41,982 nucleotides of DNA from Polyangia bacterium (GTDB taxonomy: Bacteria; Myxococcota_A; Polyangia; JAAYKL01). Below, piece after piece: positions 1 through 8,754 of this stretch; position 1 is the stretch's first letter; the number at the start of each line of letters is the position of its first letter. The notes beneath the pieces were generated by a model. That model saw only the letters and a program-made list of their open reading frames with translations, made no database searches and had not been told where the DNA came from. The stretch is from NCBI GenBank assembly GCA_050287845.1, contig JBNKCR010000043.1, positions 1-41,982 of the forward strand, in the 5' to 3' direction. Position numbers and translations under genes: made by a program.

Positions 1-314
1 GGCGACAGCGGCGCTGTCGAACAAAGGGACTGAGTACCGAGACACGTAACAACGGACGCACTGCCAGGGAACTGCTACAGGCCAGGTGGACAGGGAACCT
101 TTTTTCTCTTGACAGGCTTTTTCATAGAAGGGGCGCGGTCATGATGGGGGGAGCCGGTTGTGTACCATTTTTTGATATAGATTTTATATCGATGAGTGTA
201 TATTCTGCTTTTTAAATACGGCTTTGCAAATATTGAAAATGAGTACTTTTACCGGAATGTGTCTGGATGCTCCGCTGGTGGGTGGCGCGGTCGGTGCGTT
301 CCGGAGGAATGTGA

Positions 315-1931
315 TTGCGGGGAAATATGAGCGTACACCATCCGGGCACCTGGTTATTGAATGTGGGTATCTTTTTTTGGCTGCTGGCGCCGTCTGGGGT
401 ACTTGCGAATCAATTGAAACTCGCGCCGCATCCGATTACTGCGAAACCTGCTGAAATGGAGTCCATGACATTTACCCGGCTGCTGTTTAAATCTCCGGAC
501 AGTTTTAAAATCGCGGTGTCGCCGGACGATGTCAATATCTGGATTATCAATACCTTTCGAAAGTTCGGATACAATGTGCTGGGGGCGGAAAACCTGTTAT
601 TTGGTGTGGACAACTCCGCAAAGGCACGGATGCTGCTGGGGGGAACGGTCAGTAAATTTGTGTGTCCACGCATTTCGGCGGCACAGCGCAATTGTTATAT
701 GGATATTCAGTGGGAGCTGTTCGATACCCAGCTGCAACAAGTGATTTACAGAACCGGAACTGTTGCGGAACGCATGATTCGAACCGATGTTCCGGGGACG
801 AGCCGGGATGTGCAGCGGCTGATTTTTAACAATATGAGGTCGCTGTTGCGGCGATATAATTTTGTGGCGCACCTGAAGAAGAAATCAGCAGCGTCTGAAT
901 CGTCAAGCCTGCCAGCCGCTTATTTTCAGCGATGTCAGACCCGGGAACTGTCATTGCCGGCGCAGATGAAACAAGCCATTGAGGCCACGGTGCTGATACG
1001 GATGGGAAATGCCCACGGCAGCGGATTTTTTGTATCGAATGACGGCGTGTTGCTCACGGCGGGACATGTGGCAGCTGGACTGAAAGCGGTGCAGGTGACC
1101 ACGTCCGGGGGGGCAGAACTCAATGCCACCGTTCTGCGTGTGAATCGCGAGCAGGATGTTGCGCTACTGAAAGTGGAGAACTACGAATCCGCCTGTTTGC
1201 CCATTACGCCCGTGGGACAGCACGCGGGCAATGAAATTTTTGTGATTGGCGCACCACTGGATACCCAGTTTGCATTTTCGGTGAGCAAGGGCATCATCAG
1301 CGGATCGCGCATGGTGGACAACACCCATCAGCTTCAGACCGATGCCAGTGTCAATTCGGGAAACAGCGGCGGTCCGCTGCTTGGTGTGGATGGAAAGGTG
1401 CTGGGAATTGTGGTGGCCAAGAGGATCGGGACAGGGGTGGAGGGGGTTGCATTTGCCACTCCGGTGCAGAACGCGTTGGTTGCACTGAATCTGGCTATCT
1501 CCGACAGCACCCGCATTCCGATGGCTGTGGAGTCGTCCGTCGCCGGGAATTCTCCCATTCCTGACTTTGATCCGGCCGACCGTCACCAGGCGTGGGGGCA
1601 AACCCCGTATGCGGCGGGACGGGATATGCCAGGGAACAGAAAGTATCGTCCGGAATATCGCAGGACAATGGCGGCAGGCGCTATCCTGCTGGTCCTCGGT
1701 CTGGGCGTTTTTCCGGCTGTTTCCATTGCCGCCTATTCCAATGACTACAGAGATATTGGAGGCATTGTCCTGGCAGTGGGCGGGGGGCTGGCCGTGGGGG
1801 GCGTAGCGATGCTTGGGAAAGGGGGCAGGCAGAAGCAAAAGGAAGAATCCAGAACCGCCCGGGCACACCTTCACCTCACTCCCTTTTATGCCTCCCACGA
1901 GTTTAGTCTGTCACTGTCCGGACGATTTTAA
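315..1931 (+). CDS. Trypsin-like (S1C/HtrA-related) serine protease, no PDZ domain, with C-terminal hydrophobic hairpin
   Basis: Catalytic triad motifs LTAGHV, DVALLK and QTDASVNSGNSGGPL; N-terminal signal-like segment; GGAGGA RBS before TTG315 (ATG327 is an alternative start). Confidence 0.85.
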   Translation: MRGNMSVHHPGTWLLNVGIFFWLLAPSGVLANQLKLAPHPITAKPAEMESMTFTRLLFKSPDSFKIAVSPDDVNIWIINTFRKFGYNVLGAENLLFGVDNSAKARMLLGGTVSKFVCPRISAAQRNCYMDIQWELFDTQLQQVIYRTGTVAERMIRTDVPGTSRDVQRLIFNNMRSLLRRYNFVAHLKKKSAASESSSLPAAYFQRCQTRELSLPAQMKQAIEATVLIRMGNAHGSGFFVSNDGVLLTAGHVAAGLKAVQVTTSGGAELNATVLRVNREQDVALLKVENYESACLPITPVGQHAGNEIFVIGAPLDTQFAFSVSKGIISGSRMVDNTHQLQTDASVNSGNSGGPLLGVDGKVLGIVVAKRIGTGVEGVAFATPVQNALVALNLAISDSTRIPMAVESSVAGNSPIPDFDPADRHQAWGQTPYAAGRDMPGNRKYRPEYRRTMAAGAILLVLGLGVFPAVSIAAYSNDYRDIGGIVLAVGGGLAVGGVAMLGKGGRQKQKEESRTARAHLHLTPFYASHEFSLSLSGRF

Positions 1932-1982
1932 CTCAATGGGCGCCACGTTCAGTTTTCTTCAGTAAATCGGGTTGTTTTTTCC

Positions 1983-2011
1983 TGGACACGATGGGGGGAG
2001 CAGGGTAGAAT
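1983..2011 (+). promoter_or_regulatory. Sigma70-like promoter TGGACA-N17-TAGAAT
   Basis: 5/6 match at both -35 and -10 with a 17-nt spacer; no CDS downstream on this strand. Confidence 0.5.
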
Positions 2012-2015
2012 CCGG

Positions 2016-2105
2016 GTATCTTTTACGGCGAGTTTCTGCCGTATCACTCACTGAAATACATTCAGATACAGAGGAAATGTGAAAAGTCCACCCGGGTGGA
2101 CTTTT
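2016..2105 (+). ncRNA. Candidate small structured RNA
   Basis: Lies between the sigma70-like promoter and a perfect palindrome ending in TTTT; internal stems TACGGC/GCCGTA, CTGAA/TTCAG and GTATCT/AGATAC. Confidence 0.35.
2082..2105. terminator. Perfect 24-bp palindrome, likely bidirectional intrinsic terminator
   Basis: AAAAGTCCACCCGGGTGGACTTTT between convergent genes, with a U-tract on either strand. Confidence 0.65.
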
Positions 2106-2250
2106 GGTTTATGGTAGTTATATGTATTCAGGTTTAATACATTGTGGGATTGCTGGACAACCTGCCGAATTATTCTTGCATGACAATACCGGTGGTGGCG
2201 AAGAGAATCGAATGGGTTACGGACAAATCATCTGTCCCGTCCATGTAATA

Positions 2251-4290
2251 TCAGCTGACCTGATTCAGTACTTTGTCGATGGTGGTTGACAGGCGATAAC
2301 AGTCGAAGGGTTTTTCGATGATGCCTTTGGCGCCTTCGGACAGCATCTGCGTGGCGGAATCATCGCCGGTATAGCCCGTATTTATCAGCACTTTCACTTC
2401 CGGGTTGATTTTTTTCAGTTTTCGGAAACACTCAAGGCCTCTCATCTCCGGCATGACAATATCGAGAAGCACGAGATCGATTTCAGCCTGCTGGCTTTCA
2501 TATATCGCAATGGCTTTTTTGCCGTTCTCTGCGGTTACGACAGTGTACCCGTAACCGTTCAGTAATCTCTTGAGTAAACTGATCACCTGATATTCGTCGT
2601 CGACGACCAGCACGGTTTCCCGTTTTGCAGATGCCGCAGTGGGCAACTGACTTACTTTGCGTTGTGGTCGCTGATCCGTGTCGGTCACTGGAAAAAATAT
2701 ATCAAAGGTTGTTCCCTCGCCGGGTTTGCTTTGAACCTCAATGAAGCCCTTCTGCTTCTGAATGATTCCGTACACAATGGAGAGTCCCAATCCACAATTG
2801 TTTTCGGTCTTTTTAGTGGAAAAGAATGGTTCAAATATTCTGTCGATAACGTCGTCGCTGATACCGATACCATTGTCCTGAACCCTCAGACGCACGTATT
2901 TTCCGGGGCGGGCATTGATATATTGCGCGGCGGATTGGCCGTCCAGCTCAATATTGCAGGATTGCACTGCAATTACTCCCGCGTAACCACTATCCGGATT
3001 TGACCGGGATTTGTACTGCGCATTCTTCTGCATGGTGGCGTCTTTGGCATTCACACAGAAATTCACGAGAATCTGGCTCAACTGAGAGAGGTTGCCCTCA
3101 ATGGGCCACAGTTTTGAATCCAGATCGATTATCAGTTTTGTATCTTCCGGGAAGATGTGTTTCAGCAACTCATAGGATTCAGATATCGTTTCGTTTAAAT
3201 CAATCGGACTCATCTCAACATCGGTGTCCTTTGAAAATACCCGAAGTTGTTTGGTGATGCCCACACCTCTGTCCACCGCTGTCCGGACCTGTACGATATC
3301 CCTGTAGAGCTGAGATTCGGTATCGGCATCCATGGCGATGACATGCAGATAACCGCGCATGATGGTCAGGATGTTGTTGAAATCGTGCGCAATGCTCCCC
3401 GCCAGTTGACCCAGCGCTTCCATTTTGTGAGATTGCCGGGATTGGGCCTCCAGGCGATTCCTGTCGGTCATATCCACGAAGGAAGCCATGTTTCCAATTA
3501 CGGTGTCATTCTCATCTCTGATGAGTGAAGCGAACATTTCCACATCAAACTGTGAGTTGTCTTTTCGTTTCGCTTTCAGTTCACCGCGCCAGCTCGATTT
3601 TTGGGATAATGAATCAAACACTTCGTTGAATGCATCACCGCTTGCCAGTTGAGAACTGGGCATGCCCAGCACCTCTCTGACGTTCCCGTATTGCCAGAGG
3701 GTAAGAAATGCCGGATTCACATATGTCACCCGGCCTTCCAGATCGGTGAACATGATGGAATTAATGGAGGTCTTCAGCGCGTGTTTCTGGATGAGCAGCT
3801 CGCGGCGCTGGTCTGTGAGTGCAGTGGACAATGCCTGGCGCAATTCCTTTTGCTGAATAAGCAACTGTTTCTGGGACTCATCCAGATACCCCTGGATGTA
3901 ATTGGTAAAATAGGTATCCGTCAGCTTCAGTGCTGTCGGCAGCTGTGTGGCGAGTGTGTCGTGCATTTTCTCCAGAATAAACTGATTCAGAAAGGTGCGG
4001 ATTCCGGCAATTGAAGCGAATCCCAACCCGGCGCTGGCGTGTTCGGCGCCCGTCCGCTTTATTCGTGCGGTTTCTCTGTCCTTCAGGAAAGCGATGATAC
4101 TGTCGGTCTCTTCTGCACCGTAGTTCGCCAGCTGGGCGGGGTGAAGCGTATGGGAATTTTCAAAGATGTGGCTCATGTATATATTGTTCAGGAGATCTGA
4201 CAGCTCAGTGCGCGCTGATTCGAACACGGTAACAATGCTTGTAACGCTGCTGAGTTCCCGTGCATCCAGAATGAGGTTTGACTGTGTCAT
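2251..4290 (-). CDS. Hybrid sensor histidine kinase (N-terminal helical domain, PAS, HisKA, HATPase_c, REC)
   Basis: H-box LAGSIAHDFNNIL, N-box QILVNFCVNAKDA, DNGIG, FEPFFSTK, GLGLS; receiver motifs VLVVDDE and LLDIVMP. Confidence 0.93.
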   Translation of the reverse strand: MTQSNLILDARELSSVTSIVTVFESARTELSDLLNNIYMSHIFENSHTLHPAQLANYGAEETDSIIAFLKDRETARIKRTGAEHASAGLGFASIAGIRTFLNQFILEKMHDTLATQLPTALKLTDTYFTNYIQGYLDESQKQLLIQQKELRQALSTALTDQRRELLIQKHALKTSINSIMFTDLEGRVTYVNPAFLTLWQYGNVREVLGMPSSQLASGDAFNEVFDSLSQKSSWRGELKAKRKDNSQFDVEMFASLIRDENDTVIGNMASFVDMTDRNRLEAQSRQSHKMEALGQLAGSIAHDFNNILTIMRGYLHVIAMDADTESQLYRDIVQVRTAVDRGVGITKQLRVFSKDTDVEMSPIDLNETISESYELLKHIFPEDTKLIIDLDSKLWPIEGNLSQLSQILVNFCVNAKDATMQKNAQYKSRSNPDSGYAGVIAVQSCNIELDGQSAAQYINARPGKYVRLRVQDNGIGISDDVIDRIFEPFFSTKKTENNCGLGLSIVYGIIQKQKGFIEVQSKPGEGTTFDIFFPVTDTDQRPQRKVSQLPTAASAKRETVLVVDDEYQVISLLKRLLNGYGYTVVTAENGKKAIAIYESQQAEIDLVLLDIVMPEMRGLECFRKLKKINPEVKVLINTGYTGDDSATQMLSEGAKGIIEKPFDCYRLSTTIDKVLNQVS

Positions 4291-4301
4291 GAAGATGCCA
4301 T

Positions 4302-4628
4302 CTACCTTTCAAAAAAGGCGCCGTCGAAAGGGCCATCAATCTGGTCATAGTCATCTTTGTCAGAATAGATGACTTTTGTTCCAGGCGTCACAATCTGACG
4401 GATGTGATCCTGAACCGGAAGTCCGGAGGCGAAGTCGATAAACTGGGTAAATTCCTCATCCGGCATTTTCAATTTTTTGGGAAGAATCGGATAACCCTGT
4501 AGCAGTTTTGCCGCCACTTCCCGGTCGACATCGAAGTTGTGATTTCCTCCGAGAAAATAATCGTAGACTCTGCCGGCGTTTGGCCTGGTATCATCTTCAA
4601 TACCGGGAATGCTACTGTCAGTTGCCAT
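4302..4628 (-). pseudogene. Truncated SAM-dependent methyltransferase (Methyltransf_19-like, actinobacterial type)
   Basis: PNAGRVYDYFLGGNHNFDVDREVA, QFIDFASGLP and KVIYSDKD match the family N-terminus; only 108 aa; AAGGAGG RBS before ATG4628. Confidence 0.7.
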
Positions 4629-4924
4629 TTGAGCGCCTCCTTGTGGATGGTGAGCAGGTTCCGCCGTACAGACAGGCGGATGTTTCACTTCTGATGATGA
4701 CTGTGCCTCGATTATCCATCATTTGCCGGGTGATGAAAAACAAAAAAGGAAATGGAAGAATTTTTTACAGGGTCACAATGGAAATACGATACGTCCCGAA
4801 ATTCAGGTGGAACGCACTGCATACACCATGAAGAGAATATCTGAACAGAATTATATATGAAGTTGAGATAATAAAACCATTCGTGGTCGCTACGGAATTC
4901 GGTTCACTGCAACAGAAGAAGGGG

Positions 4925-5851
4925 TCAATGTCTTTTCCGAAACTGCACGCCAAGCCCGGCGGTGGCGAAGAAGCCGTTGAAACCGCCGATGATGTCACCG
5001 CTGACGCGCAGTTGCATGCCCAGTATCCAGCCGCTGGAAAGCTGAAATCCAATGGAAACCCGGTTGAACGGACGGAGGTTGTACGTGAAAGTTGCGTGCA
5101 GCGCCCCCATGGGCTGGGTGTGTTCCTCGCCGGTACTTGGGGAGAGGGCCAGTCCCCGGGCATGCACCACGCCGGTCCATGCGCCCAGTGCGACTTCACC
5201 GATATGCTGCGCACGGGTGGTGAATCCCCAGATGGCATAGCCCAGATGGAGCGCCGTGATGCCGGTGTACACTTTGCCGGTGTCGGTGCGAAATCGAGTG
5301 CCCGCTGCCACCAGCCCCAGACGCCATCGTCCCGGCGAGAGATCCGCGGCCAGGAGGGGCGCTGCGTGGGGGTGCGGAAATGAGGTGAATCCCGATGCAG
5401 TGACCGAGATGCGGCGGGCCTCCCGGAATCGGTGCAGGGAATTGGGGGGGGCTGAATTGGAAGCGTCCGTTTGGGGAGTGGGTGCTGCACGGGACGATGT
5501 CGCAGCGTTGCCTGCGGCAAAGTCGCGGACCGCATCCGAAGCCGCCAGCGCGAGGGTTCGGGTGCGCGTGGCATCGGGGGTGTCGGCGAGCGAAATGTGG
5601 CGTCGCAGGGTCGGGCGCCTTTGGGGGGAGGCGGTTTCACTCACCACCACGGTTGCATGGTTGCCGGTGCACGAAATCTGCACGGTTATCGATTGGGGTA
5701 CTGGAAGAGATGGTGATTCTGCGAGCTCAGCGGCTGTAATGGTGTTGAAACTTTTTGGGTCCAGCCAGTCCGCCTGACAGTGATTGGTGTGGAAGGTGGT
5801 CTGAGACAGCATCAGACTCAATATAGCGCCGAACAGATTTGATATTGGCAT
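4925..5851 (-). CDS. Secreted or outer-membrane hypothetical protein, third gene of the ECF-FecR operon
   Basis: Signal peptide, RTLAL motif and amphipathic beta-strand C-terminal half; starts 3 bp after the FecR stop. Confidence 0.7.
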   Translation of the reverse strand: MPISNLFGAILSLMLSQTTFHTNHCQADWLDPKSFNTITAAELAESPSLPVPQSITVQISCTGNHATVVVSETASPQRRPTLRRHISLADTPDATRTRTLALAASDAVRDFAAGNAATSSRAAPTPQTDASNSAPPNSLHRFREARRISVTASGFTSFPHPHAAPLLAADLSPGRWRLGLVAAGTRFRTDTGKVYTGITALHLGYAIWGFTTRAQHIGEVALGAWTGVVHARGLALSPSTGEEHTQPMGALHATFTYNLRPFNRVSIGFQLSSGWILGMQLRVSGDIIGGFNGFFATAGLGVQFRKRH

Positions 5852-5854
5852 CGG

Positions 5855-7270
5855 TTATGGTGTTGCCCCGGTTCGTGATTGTTTGATGGGGATGGCATAC
5901 CTGCCGTCCGGAAATTCGGCAAGATAAATGTTTTCGTACTTGCGGCACTTTTCGGGCAGTTTGCCCCGGTAGGTGTCAATCAGTCGGATAAGAGCGGTTT
6001 CGCGCAATACCTTTGATATGCCGAGGGTCAGCGCCTGTTCGTAGTAGTGGGCGCCCTTTGCGGGTTGGCCGAGGGATTCCGCCGTCACGCGCGCCAGGGT
6101 GTAGGCCGCCAGTCCGGCGCGGGGGGTATGGGGATAGCGTCGGATGAGTTCTTCGAGGGCCATGCTGGCTTGCCGGGGATGTCCGGTGATGCGGGCTACA
6201 TCTGAAAGCAGAAAGAGATCTGCCGCAGTCCAGCTGCCGCTGGTAAGGTTGGGGAAAGTGGCGCCGGGGAGGGCGTGAAAGGCGCCTTCGAAATTGCCCG
6301 CCCGGGCCAGGGTTTTCCAGTCTTTTTCCTGGGCTGTTGGGGCATCCGGCCTGTTTCCTGTACTGCGTTTCTCCGCAATGGAAGGGGGGGAAAGGGGCGT
6401 TTGAAAATCTCCCAGACCCCTTTTTTCTGAGGGAGAGGTCGCTGTCGTTCCTTTTTCAGCGGATGAGGGGGTAGAAAGTTTTGTCGACATCCCCCTTTCT
6501 CCTTTCAAAAGGGGGGAAATTGAGCTGGCTCCCCCACGACGAAGGGGCTGGGGGGATGTTGTCACATCTGGTGAACGCCCAGAATTTCCGTTTGCAACAC
6601 CCTCAAGGGGGGCCAGGGGGATTTCGTCCCGTATTGGGAATGGTGCATGTTTCCCTTTTGCAATACCCCCGTCCGGGACATTGCCGGCGGGAATGCGCAG
6701 GGACATGTGGGCCGTCAGATTCTGCACGCCGTCCGGGACCCGGGGGCCCTTTACGAAGACCTTGCCCCGGTGCACGTGCACGGTGATGTGATTTGCCGTT
6801 CGGGTGATATCGAAGATGGTACCCACCACCACCACATCCACATCGCCACAGTGCACGGTCCAGCGGCGATGCCCCCCCGGGGTGACCTGAAAGGACATTT
6901 TTCCTTGGCGCAGGGCAAATTCGATGGCGCGCGTTCCGTTTACCAGCACATCGAATCGGGTGCGGGCCGGGGTTTCGATGGTGGACCCATCCACGAATTC
7001 AAAGCGGGCGTGGGCGTGGGTGACGACGTTTTCGGGCAGTGCCTCATTGTGGGTGAGCATCAGTGCGGATGGCTGGGGACGATCCCACAGGAATACGGCG
7101 ATGACGGTGGCCAGCAGCGCGGCGGCAGCGGCCAGTATCCAGGGCGATCTTCTTTTGATGCGGGCTTCAGATGCATATTGGTGGCCTTCGATGGCATGCC
7201 ACATCCGGTTGACGGTGGCTTCATCGGGTCGCTGAATCAGCGCTTTCTGGATTGCTTTGGCTCTATTCAT
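5855..7270 (-). CDS. FecR-family anti-sigma factor with C-terminal TPR-like domain
   Basis: TM helix; FecR motifs FVDGS, LRQG..F.V and VVVVGTIFDI..V.VHRGKV.V; C-terminal YL.EFPDGRYA; ATG overlaps the end of the sigma gene. Confidence 0.85.
   Translation of the reverse strand: MNRAKAIQKALIQRPDEATVNRMWHAIEGHQYASEARIKRRSPWILAAAAALLATVIAVFLWDRPQPSALMLTHNEALPENVVTHAHARFEFVDGSTIETPARTRFDVLVNGTRAIEFALRQGKMSFQVTPGGHRRWTVHCGDVDVVVVGTIFDITRTANHITVHVHRGKVFVKGPRVPDGVQNLTAHMSLRIPAGNVPDGGIAKGKHAPFPIRDEIPLAPLEGVANGNSGRSPDVTTSPQPLRRGGASSISPLLKGERGMSTKLSTPSSAEKGTTATSPSEKRGLGDFQTPLSPPSIAEKRSTGNRPDAPTAQEKDWKTLARAGNFEGAFHALPGATFPNLTSGSWTAADLFLLSDVARITGHPRQASMALEELIRRYPHTPRAGLAAYTLARVTAESLGQPAKGAHYYEQALTLGISKVLRETALIRLIDTYRGKLPEKCRKYENIYLAEFPDGRYAIPIKQSRTGATP
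6370..6625. repeat. Cluster of degenerate palindromic CCCCCT..AAGGGGGG..GGGGGATTT-type repeats inside the FecR linker
   Basis: e.g. GACATCCCCCTTTCTCCTTTCAAAAGGGGGGA, TCCCCCACGACGAAGGGGCTGGGGGGATGT and CCCTCAAGGGGGGCCAGGGGGATTT. Confidence 0.6.
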
Positions 7271-7856
7271 CAAACTTCCCTCCAAAATGAAGGTCTACCG
7301 TCAATTTGGCGCTGGCGATTCGCCGCTTGACGGTATTTCGGGAAAGCCCGGTTACTCTAACGATTTCTCTGATTTGATAGTTTTCGAAGTACCGCAGAAT
7401 CCAGCAGGCGCGTTCCTCGGGGGACAGTTGCATGAACGCGCCATCCAGCAGCGCCAGTTCGGTACGCTGTTCCTGAGTGGCGTCTGTGGCCGCCTGCTCT
7501 TCGAGTGGCGTTTCGTTGCGATGGGTGAAAAAGAAGAGTCTGCGATATTTTCTTTTTCGGAATAAGCGCTGCATTCGATGAAAGGCGATGCGCATGAGCC
7601 AGGGTTTGAATTTTTGCGGATCCCGGAGGGTGTGCAGGTCCGAGAACGCCTGGATGAAGGTTTCCTGCACGACGTCCTCGGTGTCGGATGTGGCGCGGAG
7701 CATGCGCAGACAGTAGGTGTAGATGGCATCCACATGAGCGCGATAGAGAGACTCCTTGGCCCAGCGGTCGTCATCCAGCGCCCGCTGAACGAGTTCCTCG
7801 TCGCTGTACTGGAGATGGGTGCCGGTGTGGGCGATTTTGGAATGTCTGGACCGCAT
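7263..7856 (-). CDS. ECF-type RNA polymerase sigma-70 factor
   Basis: SDEELVQRA, EDVVQETFIQAF, FKPWLMRIA, LSPEERACWILRYFE and TVKRRI; start ATG7856 preferred (ATG7895 possible). Confidence 0.92.
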   Translation of the reverse strand: MRSRHSKIAHTGTHLQYSDEELVQRALDDDRWAKESLYRAHVDAIYTYCLRMLRATSDTEDVVQETFIQAFSDLHTLRDPQKFKPWLMRIAFHRMQRLFRKRKYRRLFFFTHRNETPLEEQAATDATQEQRTELALLDGAFMQLSPEERACWILRYFENYQIREIVRVTGLSRNTVKRRIASAKLTVDLHFGGKFDE

Positions 7857-7864
7857 GGTATGAA

Positions 7865-7946
7865 TATGGACCAGAGCAGCGTCAATGTGGCCCATAAAAA
7901 AAAATAAATTATTTCCTGGGCCACACTTCCCGGTTGAAGTGCCAAT
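7865..7946. promoter_or_regulatory. Back-to-back putative ECF promoters (TGGGCCACA-N13-GnnCCA on both strands)
   Basis: Inverted 9-mers at 7886-7894 and 7917-7925 flank a 22-nt AT-rich spacer; each is followed by GnnCCA at the same distance. Confidence 0.55.
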
Positions 7947-7995
7947 GGGAGCAAATGCAGAATGAACTGCTTTGAACCTGTGAAGGGGGTTTGAG

Positions 7996-8742
7996 ATGAA
8001 AATAATGGCGATGTTGACCTGTTTGACGGCATTGATATGTGTGGGCTGTGACGCGATTGAAGACTGGACCACCAAAGATGTGATTGGAGACGGAGATGAG
8101 GGCGAGGAGACCGGGGGCGAACTGGGGACGGAGTCAGGGGAGATTTTGCCGGACACGGAGACCGACGAGGAGATGTGGACGGATATGGGTACGGGCTCGG
8201 GGGAGGACCATCCGGACACGGAGACCGACGAAGATATGTGGACGGATATGAGCACGGACACGGGGGCGGAGTTTCCGGAGTGGGAGACCGACTCAATCCC
8301 CCATATGGGCATCGATGAATGTGGTGTGACGATTTACGCCGGTTTATCCACACTGACATTGTTTGGTGGAACAGATCGCGATTGCTGTGCGTCGAACGAA
8401 CAAGCAATGGAATGTTGGATGCTCGATGCCGAAGAGGATGAAATTACGTGTACACCCGAAAATCTCGATAACTGCGCACCAGGGCAGACTTGCAGCGAAT
8501 ACGGATTCTGTACCTGCCGCGACTCCTGTGATTGTAACAGCGGTGTCTGCACATCTGAGTGGGTGTGTGTACCTTCTACATGTAACGGTTACCATAAATG
8601 CAGTTGCTCTGGCGGGTGCGAGTGGTGGGACGGGAATAATCCGACGAATACCCCCTCAGCTGTTGCGGCATCGGTTGGCCTGGAGTGTTGTGAGTCAGGA
8701 GTATTTGACGAAGTGCGTCTGGTATCGGATTGTGGCTATTAA
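7996..8742 (+). CDS. Acidic, Cys-rich putative lipoprotein
   Basis: Lipobox-like CVGC, acidic repeats and a Cys-rich C-terminal half; divergent from the ECF gene. Confidence 0.75.
   Translation: MKIMAMLTCLTALICVGCDAIEDWTTKDVIGDGDEGEETGGELGTESGEILPDTETDEEMWTDMGTGSGEDHPDTETDEDMWTDMSTDTGAEFPEWETDSIPHMGIDECGVTIYAGLSTLTLFGGTDRDCCASNEQAMECWMLDAEEDEITCTPENLDNCAPGQTCSEYGFCTCRDSCDCNSGVCTSEWVCVPSTCNGYHKCSCSGGCEWWDGNNPTNTPSAVAASVGLECCESGVFDEVRLVSDCGY
8149..8292 (+). repeat. 63-bp in-frame tandem repeat (about 2.3 copies)
   Basis: PDTETDEEMWTDMGTGSGEDH / PDTETDEDMWTDMSTDTGAEF / PEWETD starting at 8149, 8212 and 8275. Confidence 0.85.
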
Positions 8743-8754
8743 AGAGAAGGAATC

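Noticed and set aside
1..105. Hairpin CGACAGCG-G-CGCTGTCG and possible ncRNA at the window start
   Set aside because: Cut by the window edge; could equally be the end of an upstream CDS (GDSGAVEQRD, stop at 31-33); no recognisable RNA family
143..2001. 12-bp direct repeat GATGGGGGGAGC flanking the protease gene (143 and 1990)
   Set aside because: Short and low complexity, with no integrase or transposase; the second copy lies in a promoter spacer, so it may be chance
7857..8312. Long N-terminal extension of the ECF ORF in the track
   Set aside because: It is the antisense of the acidic lipoprotein repeat; sigma homology begins near 7856
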